Assembly: GCA_963842525.1 (NCBI GenBank)
Contig: CAWJGT010000023.1
Span: 64,001-128,000 of the forward strand
DNA: 64,000 nt
From: an uncultured Holophagales bacterium
Lineage (GTDB): Bacteria > Acidobacteriota > Thermoanaerobaculia > Multivoradales > UBA5704
Direction: 5' to 3'
Both the position numbers and the translations under genes were made by a program. Positions 44,701-60,900 of the stretch are shown here, one piece after another; within the stretch, counting starts at the first letter, position 1; each line of letters opens with the position of its first letter. The notes below the pieces were generated by a model. The model ran no database searches, was not told the origin of the DNA, and saw only the letters and a list, made by a program, of their open reading frames with translations.

Positions 44701-47700
44701 CCGGCTCGGACCGGCGGCGGTCGAACAGGGGGTGCTCGACCGGCTCACCGTCGTCCAGCTCGGCCGGCTCCTCCGCGGGCCGCGCCTGCCCGGCCGCCGC
44801 GGCGAGCATGCCGACCTGCCGCCAGGCGCACCAGTCGATCGCCAGGGTGAACGGGCCGCCGGCCGACCGGCAGGCGTGCGCCCAGGCGTCGAGGAAGGCG
44901 TTGGCCGCGCAGTAATCGGCGCCGCCGGCCTGGCCGAAGAGGGCGCTGCGCGACGAGCAGACCACCAGGAAATCGGGCTCGTCGCCGAGCACCGCCTCCA
45001 GCACGCGCGTCCCCTGGACCTTCGGCGCCAGGACCGCGGCGGCGGCCTCGGCCGAGCGGAGCTGGAGGAAGGCGCCGGTCGAGACGCCCGCGGCATGGAC
45101 GACGCCATCGATCCGCCCGAACCGTTCGCGCGCAGCACCGACCGCCCGGCGCATCTCCTCTTCGGAGGCGACATCGGCTGCGAGGACCAGGACCTCCGCT
45201 CCCAGGTCCTCCAGTCGGGCCACCTGGCGAACTCGCGAGGCCGGCAACCCGGAGCGTCCGAGCAGGACGAGCTTGGCGCGCACCGTGCGGGCCAGGAGCT
45301 CCGCGATCGACAGGCCGATGCCACCGAGCCCGCCGGTGATCAGGTAGCAGCCGCCGGGGCGGAGCCGCGCCAGGTCTCCGGATTCCCCGGCTTCCCCCAG
45401 GCGGACGGGCTCGAAGGTCTGCACCCAGCGGTGGGAGCCGCGCCAGGCCACGACCTGGTCGTTTGAATCGGCGAGCAGCTCCTCGCAGAGGCGCTCGATC
45501 AGGGCAGTCCGCTCGCGCGGGGAGGCGGCCGGCAGAGTGTCAATGCTGCGGCAGCTCACCCCCGGGATCTCCTTGGGGATCACCTTCAGGGGGCCGAGGA
45601 GGGCCGCCTTCTCCGGCCAGAGCAGGTCGCCGCCCACGACCTCCTGCATCTGGCTCGATACAACGTCGATCCGCAGCGGCTCCGGGCTGCCGCGGCGGCC
45701 CAGAGCCTGAGCGAGCGCGATCAGGCTCTTGTAGCCGCGGCGCAGGTGCTCAGCCGCCAGATCCCGCCGCGGGGTCTCCTCCGCGAGGGATGCGCACCCC
45801 AGGTGGACGATGCGCTGGACGCCCGCGGGGAGAGGCTCCACCTCCTCCTGGATAGCGACCTCCTGCCCCAGCTCGGTGAGGCGCTCGGCGAGAGCGTTCC
45901 ATTCACCTCCTCCGAGGAGCAGCCACCTCTGCCGGGGCCTGTGGTCCGTGCCGAGCCGCTCGGCCAGGGCCGAGCGCCGCCAGCTCGGGACGTAGAACCA
46001 GTCCGCGAGGTCCGGCTTCCGCTCCGTGGCGGACAACCCGCGCTCGCTTGGCGCGGGCTCATACCAGTAGCGCTGGCGCTCGAACGGATAGGTCGGCAGC
46101 GGCACGCGCCGGCGCCGCTCGTGAACGGAAAACCCTTTCCAATCGACCGCGGCCCCCGCGAGCCACAGCCGCCCGAGCGTGGTCAGCAACGCGGCCCGCT
46201 CCGAGCCCCCTTCCTTGGGGTGGCGCAGCGAAGAGAGCACCAGCCGGGCGGACGACCGGGCCGGGTGCTGGCGCACCAGGGCCGCCAGCGTCGTGCCAGG
46301 GCCGACCTCCAGGAAGCCCGCGTCCGTCTCCCGGAGCACCCTCTCCACGGCCTCCGAGAAGCGCACGGTCTGCCGCAGGTGCCGCGCCCAGTAGAGCGGG
46401 TCCGTGGCCTCCCCGGCGGTGATCCAGGTGCCCGTGACGTTCGACAGGAAGGGGATCTCCGGCGGCTTGCGCGCCACCCGCCGCACCCGCTCCGCGAAGG
46501 CCGCGAGGACCGGCTCCATCAAGGGCGAATGGAAGGCGTGGGACGTGAGCAGCCGGCGGCAGACCACCGCCTGCGCCGCGAGGTCCCGCTCCACGCGCTC
46601 GATCGCCTCCGGGGTGCCCGAGAGCACGCAGAGCGAGGGCCGGTTGATGGCCGCCAGTGCGAGCTCCGGGGTCTCCGGACCGACCCGGTCGAGGATCTCC
46701 GCCTCCGAGAGGTGCACCGCCAGCATGGCGCCCGGCGGCAGCTCCTGGACGAGGCGCCCGCGGGCCGCCACCAGGTCCAGGGCGTCCTCCAGGGAAAAGA
46801 CGCCGGCCAGGCAGGCGGCCACGTACTCGCCGATCGAATGGCCGATCATTGCCTTGGGAGCCATCCCCCAGGACATCCAGAGCCGGGCCAGCGCGTGCTC
46901 GATCACGAAGAGCGCCGGCTGCGTGAGGAAAGTCTGGTCGAGCCGCTCGCCGCCCGCGAAGATCTCCTGCCGCAGGTCGCACCCCAGGGGCGCCAGGAGC
47001 CGCTCGGCGCAGCGGTCCACCTCGGCGCGGAACACCGGCTCGGATTCGTAGAGCTCCGCCCCATGCCCGCGTGCTGCGCGCCCTGGCCCGGGAACAGGAA
47101 CACCAGGGGCTGCTCCCGCGGCTCGTGAGTGCTGGTGTGGACCCGCGTCGGATCCAAGCTCGCGAGGTTGGCGGCCGCATCGGTGGCGTCGCGGCAGACC
47201 AGGATCCGGCGGTGGCCGAAGGCGCGGCGCCCCGCCTGGAGAGTGAAGCCAATGTCGGCCAGGTCGGCCTCCGGGCTCTCTTCGAGATGGCGGCGCAGAT
47301 TCTCGGTGGCGGACTCCAGGGCCGTCGCGGTCCGCGCCGACAGCACCAGGAGCTGCCAGGGGCGCGAGGGTCCCGAGGGCGCGGGCCGCGGCGCCTCCTC
47401 CAGGACCACGTGGGCGTTGGTGCCGCCGATGCCGAACGAGCTGACGCCCGCGCGCCGCGGGCCGTCCGTGGCCCAGTCGCGCAATTCGGCATTGACATAG
47501 AAGGGGCTGTCCTCGATCCCCAGGTCCGGGTTGGGCCGCTCGAAGTGGAGGCTGGGAGGGATCTGCCGGTGCTCCAGGGCGAGGACCGTCTTGATCAAAC
47601 CGGCGACGCCCGCGGCGGTGTCGAGGTGGCCGAAGTTGGACTTGATCGAGCCGAGGGCGCAGAAGGACCGCTTACCGGTGCGCGCGAAGACCTTGCGCAG

Positions 47701-48680
47701 GGCGGCCACCTCGATCGGGTCTCCCATCGGGGTGCCCGTGCCGTGACCCTCGATGTAGGTAACCTCGTCCGGGCGCACCCCGGCGGCGCGCTGGGCCACC
47801 GCGATCACCTGGGCCTGGGTGTCGACGCGGGGCGCGGTGTAGCCCACCTTGTTGGAGCCGTCGTTGTTGATCGCCGAGCCCAGGATCACGGCGCGCACCG
47901 GATCGCCGTCCGCCAATGCCTCGGAGAGCCGCTTGAGGACAACGACTCCGGCGCCGCTGCCGCCGATCGTCCCCTGGGCGCGGGCATCGAACGGGCGGCA
48001 GTGGCCGTCCGGCGAGGCGATCCCGCCCTCCGTCCAGAGATAGCCGGCGGTCTGCGGCACCTCGACCGCCACGCCGCCGGCCAGGGCCATGTCGCACTGG
48101 TAGTCGAGGAGCGACTGGCAGGCGAGATGGACCGCCACCAGCGAGGTCGAGCAGGTCGTCTGCACCGTCACGGCGGGCCCGCGCAGGTTCAGCTTGTAGG
48201 CCGTCATCGTGGTGAGGTGGTCGGCGCGGTTGCCGATCGCGGCCTGGAGGCTGCCGACCGAGGCGACGAAGCCCGGCGAGCCGAAATTCGCCAGCAGATA
48301 GGTGCTGAGGCCCGTGCCCGCGAACACGCCGATGGCGCCCGGAGGGCGCTCCGGGTCGCAGCCGGCGCTTTCCAGCGCCTCCCAGGCGCATTCGAGGAAG
48401 AGCCGCTGCTGCGGATCGGTGGCGGCGGCGACCCGCGGGGTCATACCGAAGAAGGGGGCGTCGAACAGCTCGATGCCGTCGAGGACCGCGCGCGCCTTGA
48501 CGTAGCGCGGATCGCGCCGGAGCGCCGGCTCGATTCCCGCCCGCTCCAGCTCCTCGTCGGTGAAGAAGCGGATCGACTCGACGCCGTCGCGCAGGTTGCG
48601 CCAGAGCTCGCCCGCGTCGCGGGCGCCGGGGAAGCGGCACGCCAGGCCGAGGACGGCAATGGCCTCGGGCCGCTCGTCGT

Positions 48681-48684
<4 letters not shown>
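38729..48684 (-). CDS. Hybrid PKS-NRPS KS-AT-KR-DH-ACP-C-A-PCP-E-like, frameshift near 47060
   Basis: KS VQTTCSTSLV, EGHGTGT, NFGHL. AT GQGAQ|GHSIGE, HAFHS (malonyl). KR TGGLGGIG, DYCAAN. DH EHRIAGQPVIPG, HPALLD. ACP GGDS. C HHLLLDGWS. A TSGSTGAPKG. PCP GGDS. E-like HHLSLDHVS. One G is missing in ATGGGG(G)CGGAGCTC, which would join ORFs 46903..48684 and 38729..47035. Confidence 0.92.
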
Positions 48685-52717
<4,033 letters not shown>

Positions 52718-52721
<4 letters not shown>

Positions 52722-53791
52722 GCCGAGGGCTCCAGGCTGCGGTGGGACGGGTCGGTGTACAGCTCGGCCATGGCCACCACGATCCGGCGCGGGCCGGTGA
52801 ACGGCTCGCGGCCATGGGAGGCCAGGAAGTTGTCGAGCAGGAGCACGTCCCCCTGCTGCCAGGGAAAGGTCACCGCTGCGGCGCGGTAGGTGGCGCGGAT
52901 GTGCTCCAGCACGTCGTCCTCGATGCGCGAGCCGTCGCCGTAGAATGCGTTGCGCGGCAGCTCGTCCTCGTCGAACACGGCGAGCAGCCCTTCGCGCACG
53001 GCCGGCTCCAAGTTAGATACGTGGAACATGTGCGCATGGTTGAACCAGACCGTGTCTCCTGTTTTGGGATGGGTGGCCACCACCTGGCGGACCGCGCGCG
53101 TGCGCAGGCGGTCGTGGTCGCGCCACTCGTGCTCCATGCCGGCCTTGCGGCAGTAGGCCTCCACCTCGGCGCGGTCGGTCGTCTGGAAGACCTCCTGCCA
53201 GGGGAGGTCCACGCCGCCGCCGTAGTTGCGGACGTACATCACCTTCTTGTCGAGGAAGCGGCGCCGGACCTCGGGATCGATGCGGCCGATCACCTGGCGG
53301 TCGTCGACCACGGGCGTGGCACCGCCGCTCTGCGCCGGCTGGACGCAGTGGAACCAGATCTTGGTCGGCCAGTTGTGCGAGTAGGACATCTCGTGGTGCA
53401 GCGGGATCGGCTGGTCGGCCGGGTATTCGGTCGAGGTGAAGACATTGCGGGCGACCTCGAAGCGCGGCGCCGCCCGCTCCTGGTAGTCCAGCAGGTCCGG
53501 GGAGACCGCGCGGGCGACCTGCTGAAAACGCTCGACCGAGTCGATGCCGAAGCCGCGGAAGAGGAGGGCGCCGTGCTCCAGGAGCCACCCCTCGACGAGG
53601 TCGCGCTGGCCCTCGGCCCAGGAGGCCAGATTCGTGTCGGCCACCCGCGGACGCACCACCCGGGGGAACTCGCCGCCGCCGTCGAGGGGTCCGGTTTCGA
53701 CCAGCTCCTCGGCGGAGAGGCGGACGGTCTTGCGCCCGCCCGCCCGAAAGCCGGAGCCGAAGGTGGGTGCCCGCTTGTCTTCACCGCTCAT
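52718..53791 (-). CDS. TauD/SyrP-like Fe(II)/2-oxoglutarate beta-hydroxylase 2
   Basis: HGALLFRGF, FTSTEYP..IPLHHEMSY, GGATP, WFNHAHMFH, LLDNFLASHGREPF. Confidence 0.92.
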
Positions 53792-53831
53792 GGTTCGTCA
53801 TCCCCATGCTCCTTATGTGTCCCCAGTCGGC

Positions 53832-54911
53832 TCAACGGGACAGCTCCGCGGGCCGCACGCTCTCCCAGGCCGTCGGGTCGGCCATGCCCACGACGACCTT
53901 GCGCTCCCCCTGGAAGGGCTCCCGGCCGTGGGCCACCAGCATGTTGTCGAGCAGCAGAATGTCCCCTTCCTGCCAGGTGAACCGCGTCCATTCCCGGCGG
54001 TAGAGGGCATGGAGCCGCTCCATCACCTCCGGCTCGATCGGCGAGCCGTCGCCGTAGTAGGTGTTGTTCGGCAGGTCCTCCTCCGGGATCTGCCCCAGCA
54101 GCCGGTCGCGGACGGCGGCCGGCAGGGTGGAGACGTGGAAGAAGGTGGCGTGGTTGAACCAGGTCAGCTCGCCGCTCCGCGGGTGGGCGGCGATGGCCGG
54201 GCGCACCTGGCGGGTGCGCAGCCGGCCGCCGGGCTTCCACTCCACCTGGATGCCGTTGGCGCGGCAGTACGCCTCCACGGCGTCGCGGTCGGAGGTCTGG
54301 AAGGCGGTCTGCCAGGGGAGTCCGAGCCCGTCGCCGAAGTTGCGGACGTATATGTAGCCCTGGGCGAAAAACCGCTGCCGGATCCCGGGGTCGAGGTCCG
54401 CGAAGACCCGGCGGCAGTCGGCGATGGGCGTGGCGCCCCCTTCGCGGGCCGCGCGCAGGCAGCAGAAGTAGATCTTCCTGGGAAAGGTCAGGTTGTACGA
54501 CTGCTCGTTATGGAGAAAAATTTCCTGGTCGGCCGGATGGTCGGTCGAGGTGTAGATCCCGCCGCCGACCGCGCTGCGCGGGGAGGAGCGTTCGACATAG
54601 GGGAGCGCGCCGCTCGAGCTCGCGGCCACGAAGTCCTCGAAGCGCTCGGCCGAGCCCACGCCGAAGCCGCGGAAGAGCAACCCGCCGTGGCGGGTGAGGA
54701 GGTCGTCGATCCAGCCATGGTGGGCCGCCGCCCAGCTCACCAGGTTGACGCCGTCCACGCGGGGCGAGACGACGAGCGGCAGGGGCCCGCCGGTGTCTGG
54801 AGGGTCCAGGGGTCCGGTCGTGACCAGCTCCTCGGGCGAGAGCTGAAGGGGCTTGCGCTGCATGGGCCGCCCCGCGCCGAACGCGGGCTTGTCGGGTCGT
54901 GGTGCGCTCAA
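53832..54911 (-). CDS. TauD/SyrP-like Fe(II)/2-oxoglutarate beta-hydroxylase 1
   Basis: TTG start 54911 overlaps the NRPS stop, with AAGGAG RBS. HGGLLFRGF, YTSTDHP..IFLHNEQSY, WFNHATFFH, LLDNMLVAHGREPF. Confidence 0.92.
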   Translation of the reverse strand: MSAPRPDKPAFGAGRPMQRKPLQLSPEELVTTGPLDPPDTGGPLPLVVSPRVDGVNLVSWAAAHHGWIDDLLTRHGGLLFRGFGVGSAERFEDFVAASSSGALPYVERSSPRSAVGGGIYTSTDHPADQEIFLHNEQSYNLTFPRKIYFCCLRAAREGGATPIADCRRVFADLDPGIRQRFFAQGYIYVRNFGDGLGLPWQTAFQTSDRDAVEAYCRANGIQVEWKPGGRLRTRQVRPAIAAHPRSGELTWFNHATFFHVSTLPAAVRDRLLGQIPEEDLPNNTYYGDGSPIEPEVMERLHALYRREWTRFTWQEGDILLLDNMLVAHGREPFQGERKVVVGMADPTAWESVRPAELSR

Positions 54912-57900
54912 GATAAAGGTCTCCTTTGTCTCCGGGCGAACCTCCCGGTTTTGGCCTCCTGCCATTGCCGGAGGCGCTCCGCCTTCCGTTCCTGCTCCGC
55001 GGCCGTGAGCACCTCCAGGGTGGAGAGCCGGGCCGCGGGATCGGCGGCGAGGCGGCCGAGCAGGGCTTCGAAGCGGCCATACAGTCTTTCTACGGTGGCC
55101 GCCGCGAAAAGGTCTGTGCTCCAGGTCCAGGCCGCGGTCAGGCCGCCGGCCTCCTCGGTGATCCAGAGGGTCAGCTCGAAGCGGGCCATGCCGGGGTCCA
55201 GGTCGAGGACCCGGAGGTCCAGGCCCGGCAGCTCGGCCGGGTGGTCCGGCGTGTTCTGCACGCCGAAGGCGACCTGGACGAGGGGCCGGCCGCCGGTCGC
55301 GCGCTCCCAGCGCAGCTCGGAGGCCAGCAGCTCCAGCGGCAGGTCCTGGTGCGCGAAGGCCCCCAGGGTCACCTCCCGTACCCGCGCCAGCAGCTCGCGG
55401 AAGGTGGGGTCGCCGGCGAGCGAGACGCGCAGCGGCAGCAGGTTGATGAAGCAGCCGACGAGCCCCTCGACCTCGCTGTGGTTGCGCCCGGCCACGGCGG
55501 CGCCGACCACGAGGTCGTCCTGGCCCGATGCGCGGTGGAGGAGGACGTCGAATGCGGCCAGGAGGAGCATGAACAGCGTGACCTTCTCGCTGCGGCAGAG
55601 GGAGCGCAACTCGCGGTGGAGCGCGCCCGGGATGCGGAACGACCGGCGCGCGCCCCGGCCGGTCAGCTCTTCTCGGCGAGGACGGTCGGCCGGGAGGTCG
55701 AGCGACGCGGGGCTGCCGGCCAGCGCTCTTCGCCAATAAGAAAGGTGCGTCTCCAGGGCTTCGCCGCGCAGCCAGCCGCGCTGCCAAGCGGCGTAGTCGG
55801 CGTATTGCACCGGCAGGTCCGGCAGCGGCGACGGGCGCCCTTCCGTGAAGGCCGGGTAAAGCGCGGCGACCTCGCGCACCAGGACGCCCATCGACCAGCC
55901 GTCGCCGGCAATGTGATGGATCGTGAAGAGCAGGATGTGGCGGTCCTCGCCGAGGCGCAGGAGGCCGAGGCGCAGCAGGGGCCCGCGCGCCAGATCGAAA
56001 GGGCGCCGCGCCTCCTCTCCGGCCAGGCGCAGCGCCTCCGCCTCGCGCGCCGACTCCGGGAGCGCCGCGAGGTCGACGACCGGCAGCAGCGTGCGCGACT
56101 CCCCCACGACCTGCACGAGCCGGTCGCCGCGCAGGACGAAGCTCGTGCGCAGGGCCTCGTGGCGGCGGACGATCTCGGCGAACGCCGCGGCGAGCGCCGC
56201 CGGCTGGAGGAGGCCCCGCAGCTCGACCGCGGCCGGCTGGTTGTAGAAGGGGCTCTCCCCGCCCGCCGTGCGGTCGACGAGCCAGATCCTCTGCTGCGCG
56301 AAGGAGATCGGCAGCTCACCCCGGCGCGAGGCCGGCGCCAGGGGCAGGATCGGAGGGGCCACGGCAGCCTGCCCTGCCGCGCGCTGGGCCTCCACAGCAG
56401 CGGCCAGTCCGGCAGGGGTCGGGGTCTCGAAGATCCGCCGCAGCGGCAGCTCGACGCCCAGGGCCTCGCGGATCCGCGACACCAGCCGCGTCGCCGCCAG
56501 GGAGTGCCCGCCCAGGGCGAAGAAATCGTCCTCGACCCCGACCCCCTCGAGGCCCAGGACCTCTTCCCAGATCCCGGCCAGCAGCTCCTCGACCGGGCTG
56601 CGCGGCACCCCGGAAGGACTGCCGGAGAGGCTGCCGGCGGCCTCCTCCGGGAGGGGCAGCGCGCGGCGGTCGACCTTGCCGCTCGCGCTGCGGGGCAGGG
56701 CCGGCAGGACGACCCAGGCCGCCGGGATCATGGCGGCCGGGAGCAGCCCCTGGAGGTGCGCGCGGAGGCTGGCCGCCTGCGGGGGCCGCTCGCCGCGCGG
56801 GGTCACATAGGCGACCAGCCGCCGGCCGCCGCGGCCGTCCTCGTGGGCCACGACCGCAGCCTCGCGAACCTCCGGGTGGGCCGCCAGCGCAGCCTCGACC
56901 TCGCCCGGCTCGATGCGGAACCCGCGGACCTTGACTTGGCGGTCGATGCGTCCAAGCACCTCGAAGTCGCCGTCCGGCAGCCGACGTGCCAGGTCGCCCG
57001 TCCGCAGCAGGCGCTCGCCCATCCGCAGAGGGAAAGGATGGGGGACGAACCGCTCGGCCGTGAGCGCGGGATGGCCGAGGTAGCCGAGGGCCAGGCCGGC
57101 GCCGCCGATCGAGAGCTCGCCCGCGATGCCCAGCGGCGCCGGGTTGCCCCAGGGATCGAGGACGAGCATCTCAGCGCCCTCGACCGGCCGGCCGATCGGT
57201 ACCCGGCCCGACGGCGGCAGGCCGGCCATCTCCCAGAGCGACGAGGTGATGGTGGACTCGGTGAGGCCGTAGCCGTTGAGCGTCCGGACCCGCGAGCCCG
57301 CGAGCCCGCGCCAGGCTTCGAGGGCGCGCTCCGGCACCGGCTCACTGCCGACGATCAGCAGGCGCAGCAAGGGGGGTGGCGGCGAGGCCGCCTCGGCGAG
57401 GGTCGACACCCAGCCCTCGAAGAAGGAGGACGGCAGGTTGAGCACCGTGAGCCGCTCGCGCTCCACGAAGCGCCGGAAAGCCTCCGTGGGCGCCGGCACC
57501 TCCTCGGGCTCCAGCACCACGGCGGCACCACGAATCCAGGAGGGGTAGAGCTCCTCGGCCGCGACGTCGAAGGTGAGGGAGGCGAGCTGGAGCACCCGGT
57601 CGTCCGCCGCCAACTCGTACCGGCGGGCCATGGCCAGGGCGTGGCGCGCCAGGGCGCGGTGCGGTACCAGCACCCCCTTGGGCCGGCCAGTCGATCCCGA
57701 GGTGTAGAGGACGTACGCCAGATCGTCCGGTCCCGCCGCGGAGCCCGGGACCGGGGACGGAACCGGATCGAGCACGTCGAGCCGGACCCCGTCCGCCTCC
57801 CCCGCCGCCAGGAGGAAGCGCGGGCGGGCGTCCTCGAGGACCACGTCGAGGCGCTGGCGCGGCGCCGAGGGATCGAGGGGCAGGTACGCGGCTCCGGCCT

Positions 57901-60900
57901 GGAGGATCCCCAGCATCGCAGCGCTGGCCTCGACCGAGCGCCGGAGCTGGATCGCCACGAGGTCTCCGGGTCCCGCGCCCGCGGCGGCCAGCCGGCCGGC
58001 GAGATCGCGGGCGAGGCCGGCCAGCTCTTCGTAGGTCACCTGCCGGTCGCCTGACACCAGCGCCACTGCCCCAGGGGTCCTGGCCGCCTGCTCGGCGAAG
58101 AGATGATGGACGCAGCGGCCTTCCGGAAGGCCCGGATCGTCGCGATCTGCGAGGAGCTGGGCCAGCTCGTTCTCTTCCAGCAGGGGGAGGTCAGACAGGC
58201 GGCAGTCCGGCCCGGCTGCCACGCCCGCCAGCAGGGACCGGAGGTGCCCTGCGAACCGCTCGACGGTCGCGGCGTCGAAGAGATCGGTGGCGTACTCGAA
58301 CGATCCTTCGAGCCCCGCGGGCGTCTCCTCCAGCGTGAGGCTCAGATCGAGCTTCGCCCGCACCTCCCCCGCCGGGACCGGCTGCACCTCCAGCCCGGCC
58401 AGGCGGAGGTCCGGCCGCGGAGCGTTCTGGAGGGCGAACATGACCTGGAACAGCGGGTTGTGCGACAGGTCGCGCGCCGGCAGCAGCTCCTCGACCAGCC
58501 TCTCGAAGGGGAGGTCCTGGTGCGCATAGGCGCCGAGGGAGATCGTCCGCACCCGCGCGAGCAGCTCCCGGTACGGCGGATCGCCCGCCAAGCCGGCGCG
58601 CAGCACCAGGGTGTTGACGAAGAAACCGATCAGGCCTTCCAGCTCAGCCCGGGTGCGGCCCGCGACCGGGGTCCCCACCGGGAGGTCGTCCTCACCGGTC
58701 CAGCGCTGGAGCAGCACGGCGAAGGCGGCGAGGAGTGTCATGAAGAGCGTGGCCCCCTCGCGGCGGCCCAAGGCTGCCAGCTCGCCGGCCAGCTCCGCCG
58801 GCAGCCGCAAGGCCCGGACGGCCCCACGCGAGCTGGGCATGGGCGGGCGCGGGCGGTCGATCGGCAGGGGCAGGGCCGCGGGCGCGTCCGCCAGGCTCTC
58901 GCGCCACCAGGCCAGCTCGGCGGCGAGCCGCTCCCCCCGCAGGCGCTCGCGCTGCCAGACGGCGAAGTCCGCGACCTGGAGAGGCAGCTCCGGAAGGGTT
59001 GAGGGCATGTCTGTGACGCAGGATTCGTAGACGGCGGCGATCTCGCGGACCAGCACGCCCATGGACCAGCCGTCCGCCGCGATGTGGTGGACCGTGACCA
59101 GCGCCGCGTGCTCCTCCGGGTCGAGCCGCACCAGGCGGACCCGGAGGACCGGCCCCCGCGCGAGGTCGAACGGGAGCAAGGCCTCCTCCCGCGCGAGACG
59201 CGCAAGCTCCTCCTCCCGCCGCACCGGAGCCAGCCCGGCGAGGTCGATCCGCGGCACGGCGAGAGGGACATCACGATCGATCACCTGCCGCGGCTCTCCG
59301 CCGCCTTCCGCGAAGCGCGTGCGCAGCACTTCGTGGCGCCGTACGACCTCGCGGAAGGCCGCTTCGAAGGCGCCGGCCGCGAGCCGCCCCGCCAGCCGGA
59401 AGGCCGCGGGGATGTTGTAGACGGGATCGCCGGGCTGGAGGCGGTCCAGGAACCAGAGCCGCTGCTGGGAGAAGGAGAGCGGGAGGTCCCCGTCCCGCGA
59501 GGCCCGCTGCAACGGCGGCTCCCCAGGCCCGGGCGCGGCGCCGAGGGCCTCCTCCACGCGCGCCGCGAAGCCGGCCACGGTCGGCGCCTCGAAGAGGACG
59601 TGCAGGGGGAGGTCGATCCCGAAGACCGTCCGCACCCGCGAGATCGCCCGGGTGGCGAGGAGCGAGTGCCCGCCCATCGCGAAGAAATGGCTGCCGCGGC
59701 CGGCGCTCTCGACACCGAGGAGCTCGACCCAGAGGCCGGCCACGACCTCTTCAAACGGAGTCCGCGGGGCCTCGGCCGTGCCGGCCTCCTCCTCCGGCCC
59801 GGGCGGGGGCAGCGCCCGGCGGTCCACCTTGCCGTTGGGGGTGAGGGGCAGCGCTTCGAGCGCGACCCAGGCCGACGGCACCATGTACGACGGCAGTTGC
59901 GACGCCAGGAGATCGCGCAGGCTCCCGGCGTCCAAAGTCCTCCCCGAACGGACCGCCACGTAGGCCACGAGACGCTTGTCGCCGGGCCGGTCCTCGCGCA
60001 CGATCACCGCCGCCTGCTCGACCGCAGGGCTGCGCAGCAGCGCCGCCTCGATCTCGCCCGGCTCGATGCGGAACCCGCGCACCTTCACCTGCTGATCGAT
60101 CCGCCCCAGGAACTCGATATCGCCGTCTGCCCGGCGGCGCACCAGGTCCCCCGTCCGGTACAGGCGCCCGCCCCCACCCCCGAACGGATCGGGCACGAAG
60201 CGCTCCGCGGTCAGATCGGGACGGGCGAGATAGCCCCGCGCCAGACCGTCGCCGCCGATCCACAGCTCGCCCGGCGCCCCCACCGGCACCGCGCGGCCAC
60301 GCCGGTCCACCAGGCAGATCCGGGTGTTGGCGATCGGCCGGCCGATCGGCACCGAGTACCGGCACGACGTCACGCTCAGCTCCGCGCAGCAGGTGAACGT
60401 CGTCCCTTCCGTCGGACCGTAGCCGTTGATCAGGCGGACTCCGGGAAGCTCCGCCAGAGCCCGGCGCACGTGCGGCAGCGACAGCGCATCGCCGCCCGCC
60501 AGGAGCTGGCGCAGCCCGCGCAGGATCCAAGGGCACGCGTCCATCACTTGGTGAAAGAGTCCCGCAGTCAGCCACAGCGTCGTGACCCCATGGCGCTCGA
60601 GCCCCTGTCCAAGCTCCTCCAGCGAAGGCATCCGCTCGGCCGGCAGCGCCAACCGCGCCCCGTGCAACAGCGCCCCCCAGATCTCGAAGGTCGAGGCGTC
60701 GAAAGAGATCGGCGCAATGTGGAGGAAGACCTCTGCGGGGCCGAACCAGGCGTAGGCGGTCTCCCGCACCAGCCGCACGACGCCGCGGTGAGGCACGGCA
60801 ATGCCCTTCGGCACTCCTGTCGTGCCGGAGGTGAACAGCACGTAAGCCAAGCCGTCGGCGCAGACCGGCACCTCCAGCGCCGTGTCCGGGCAGCCGGCGA

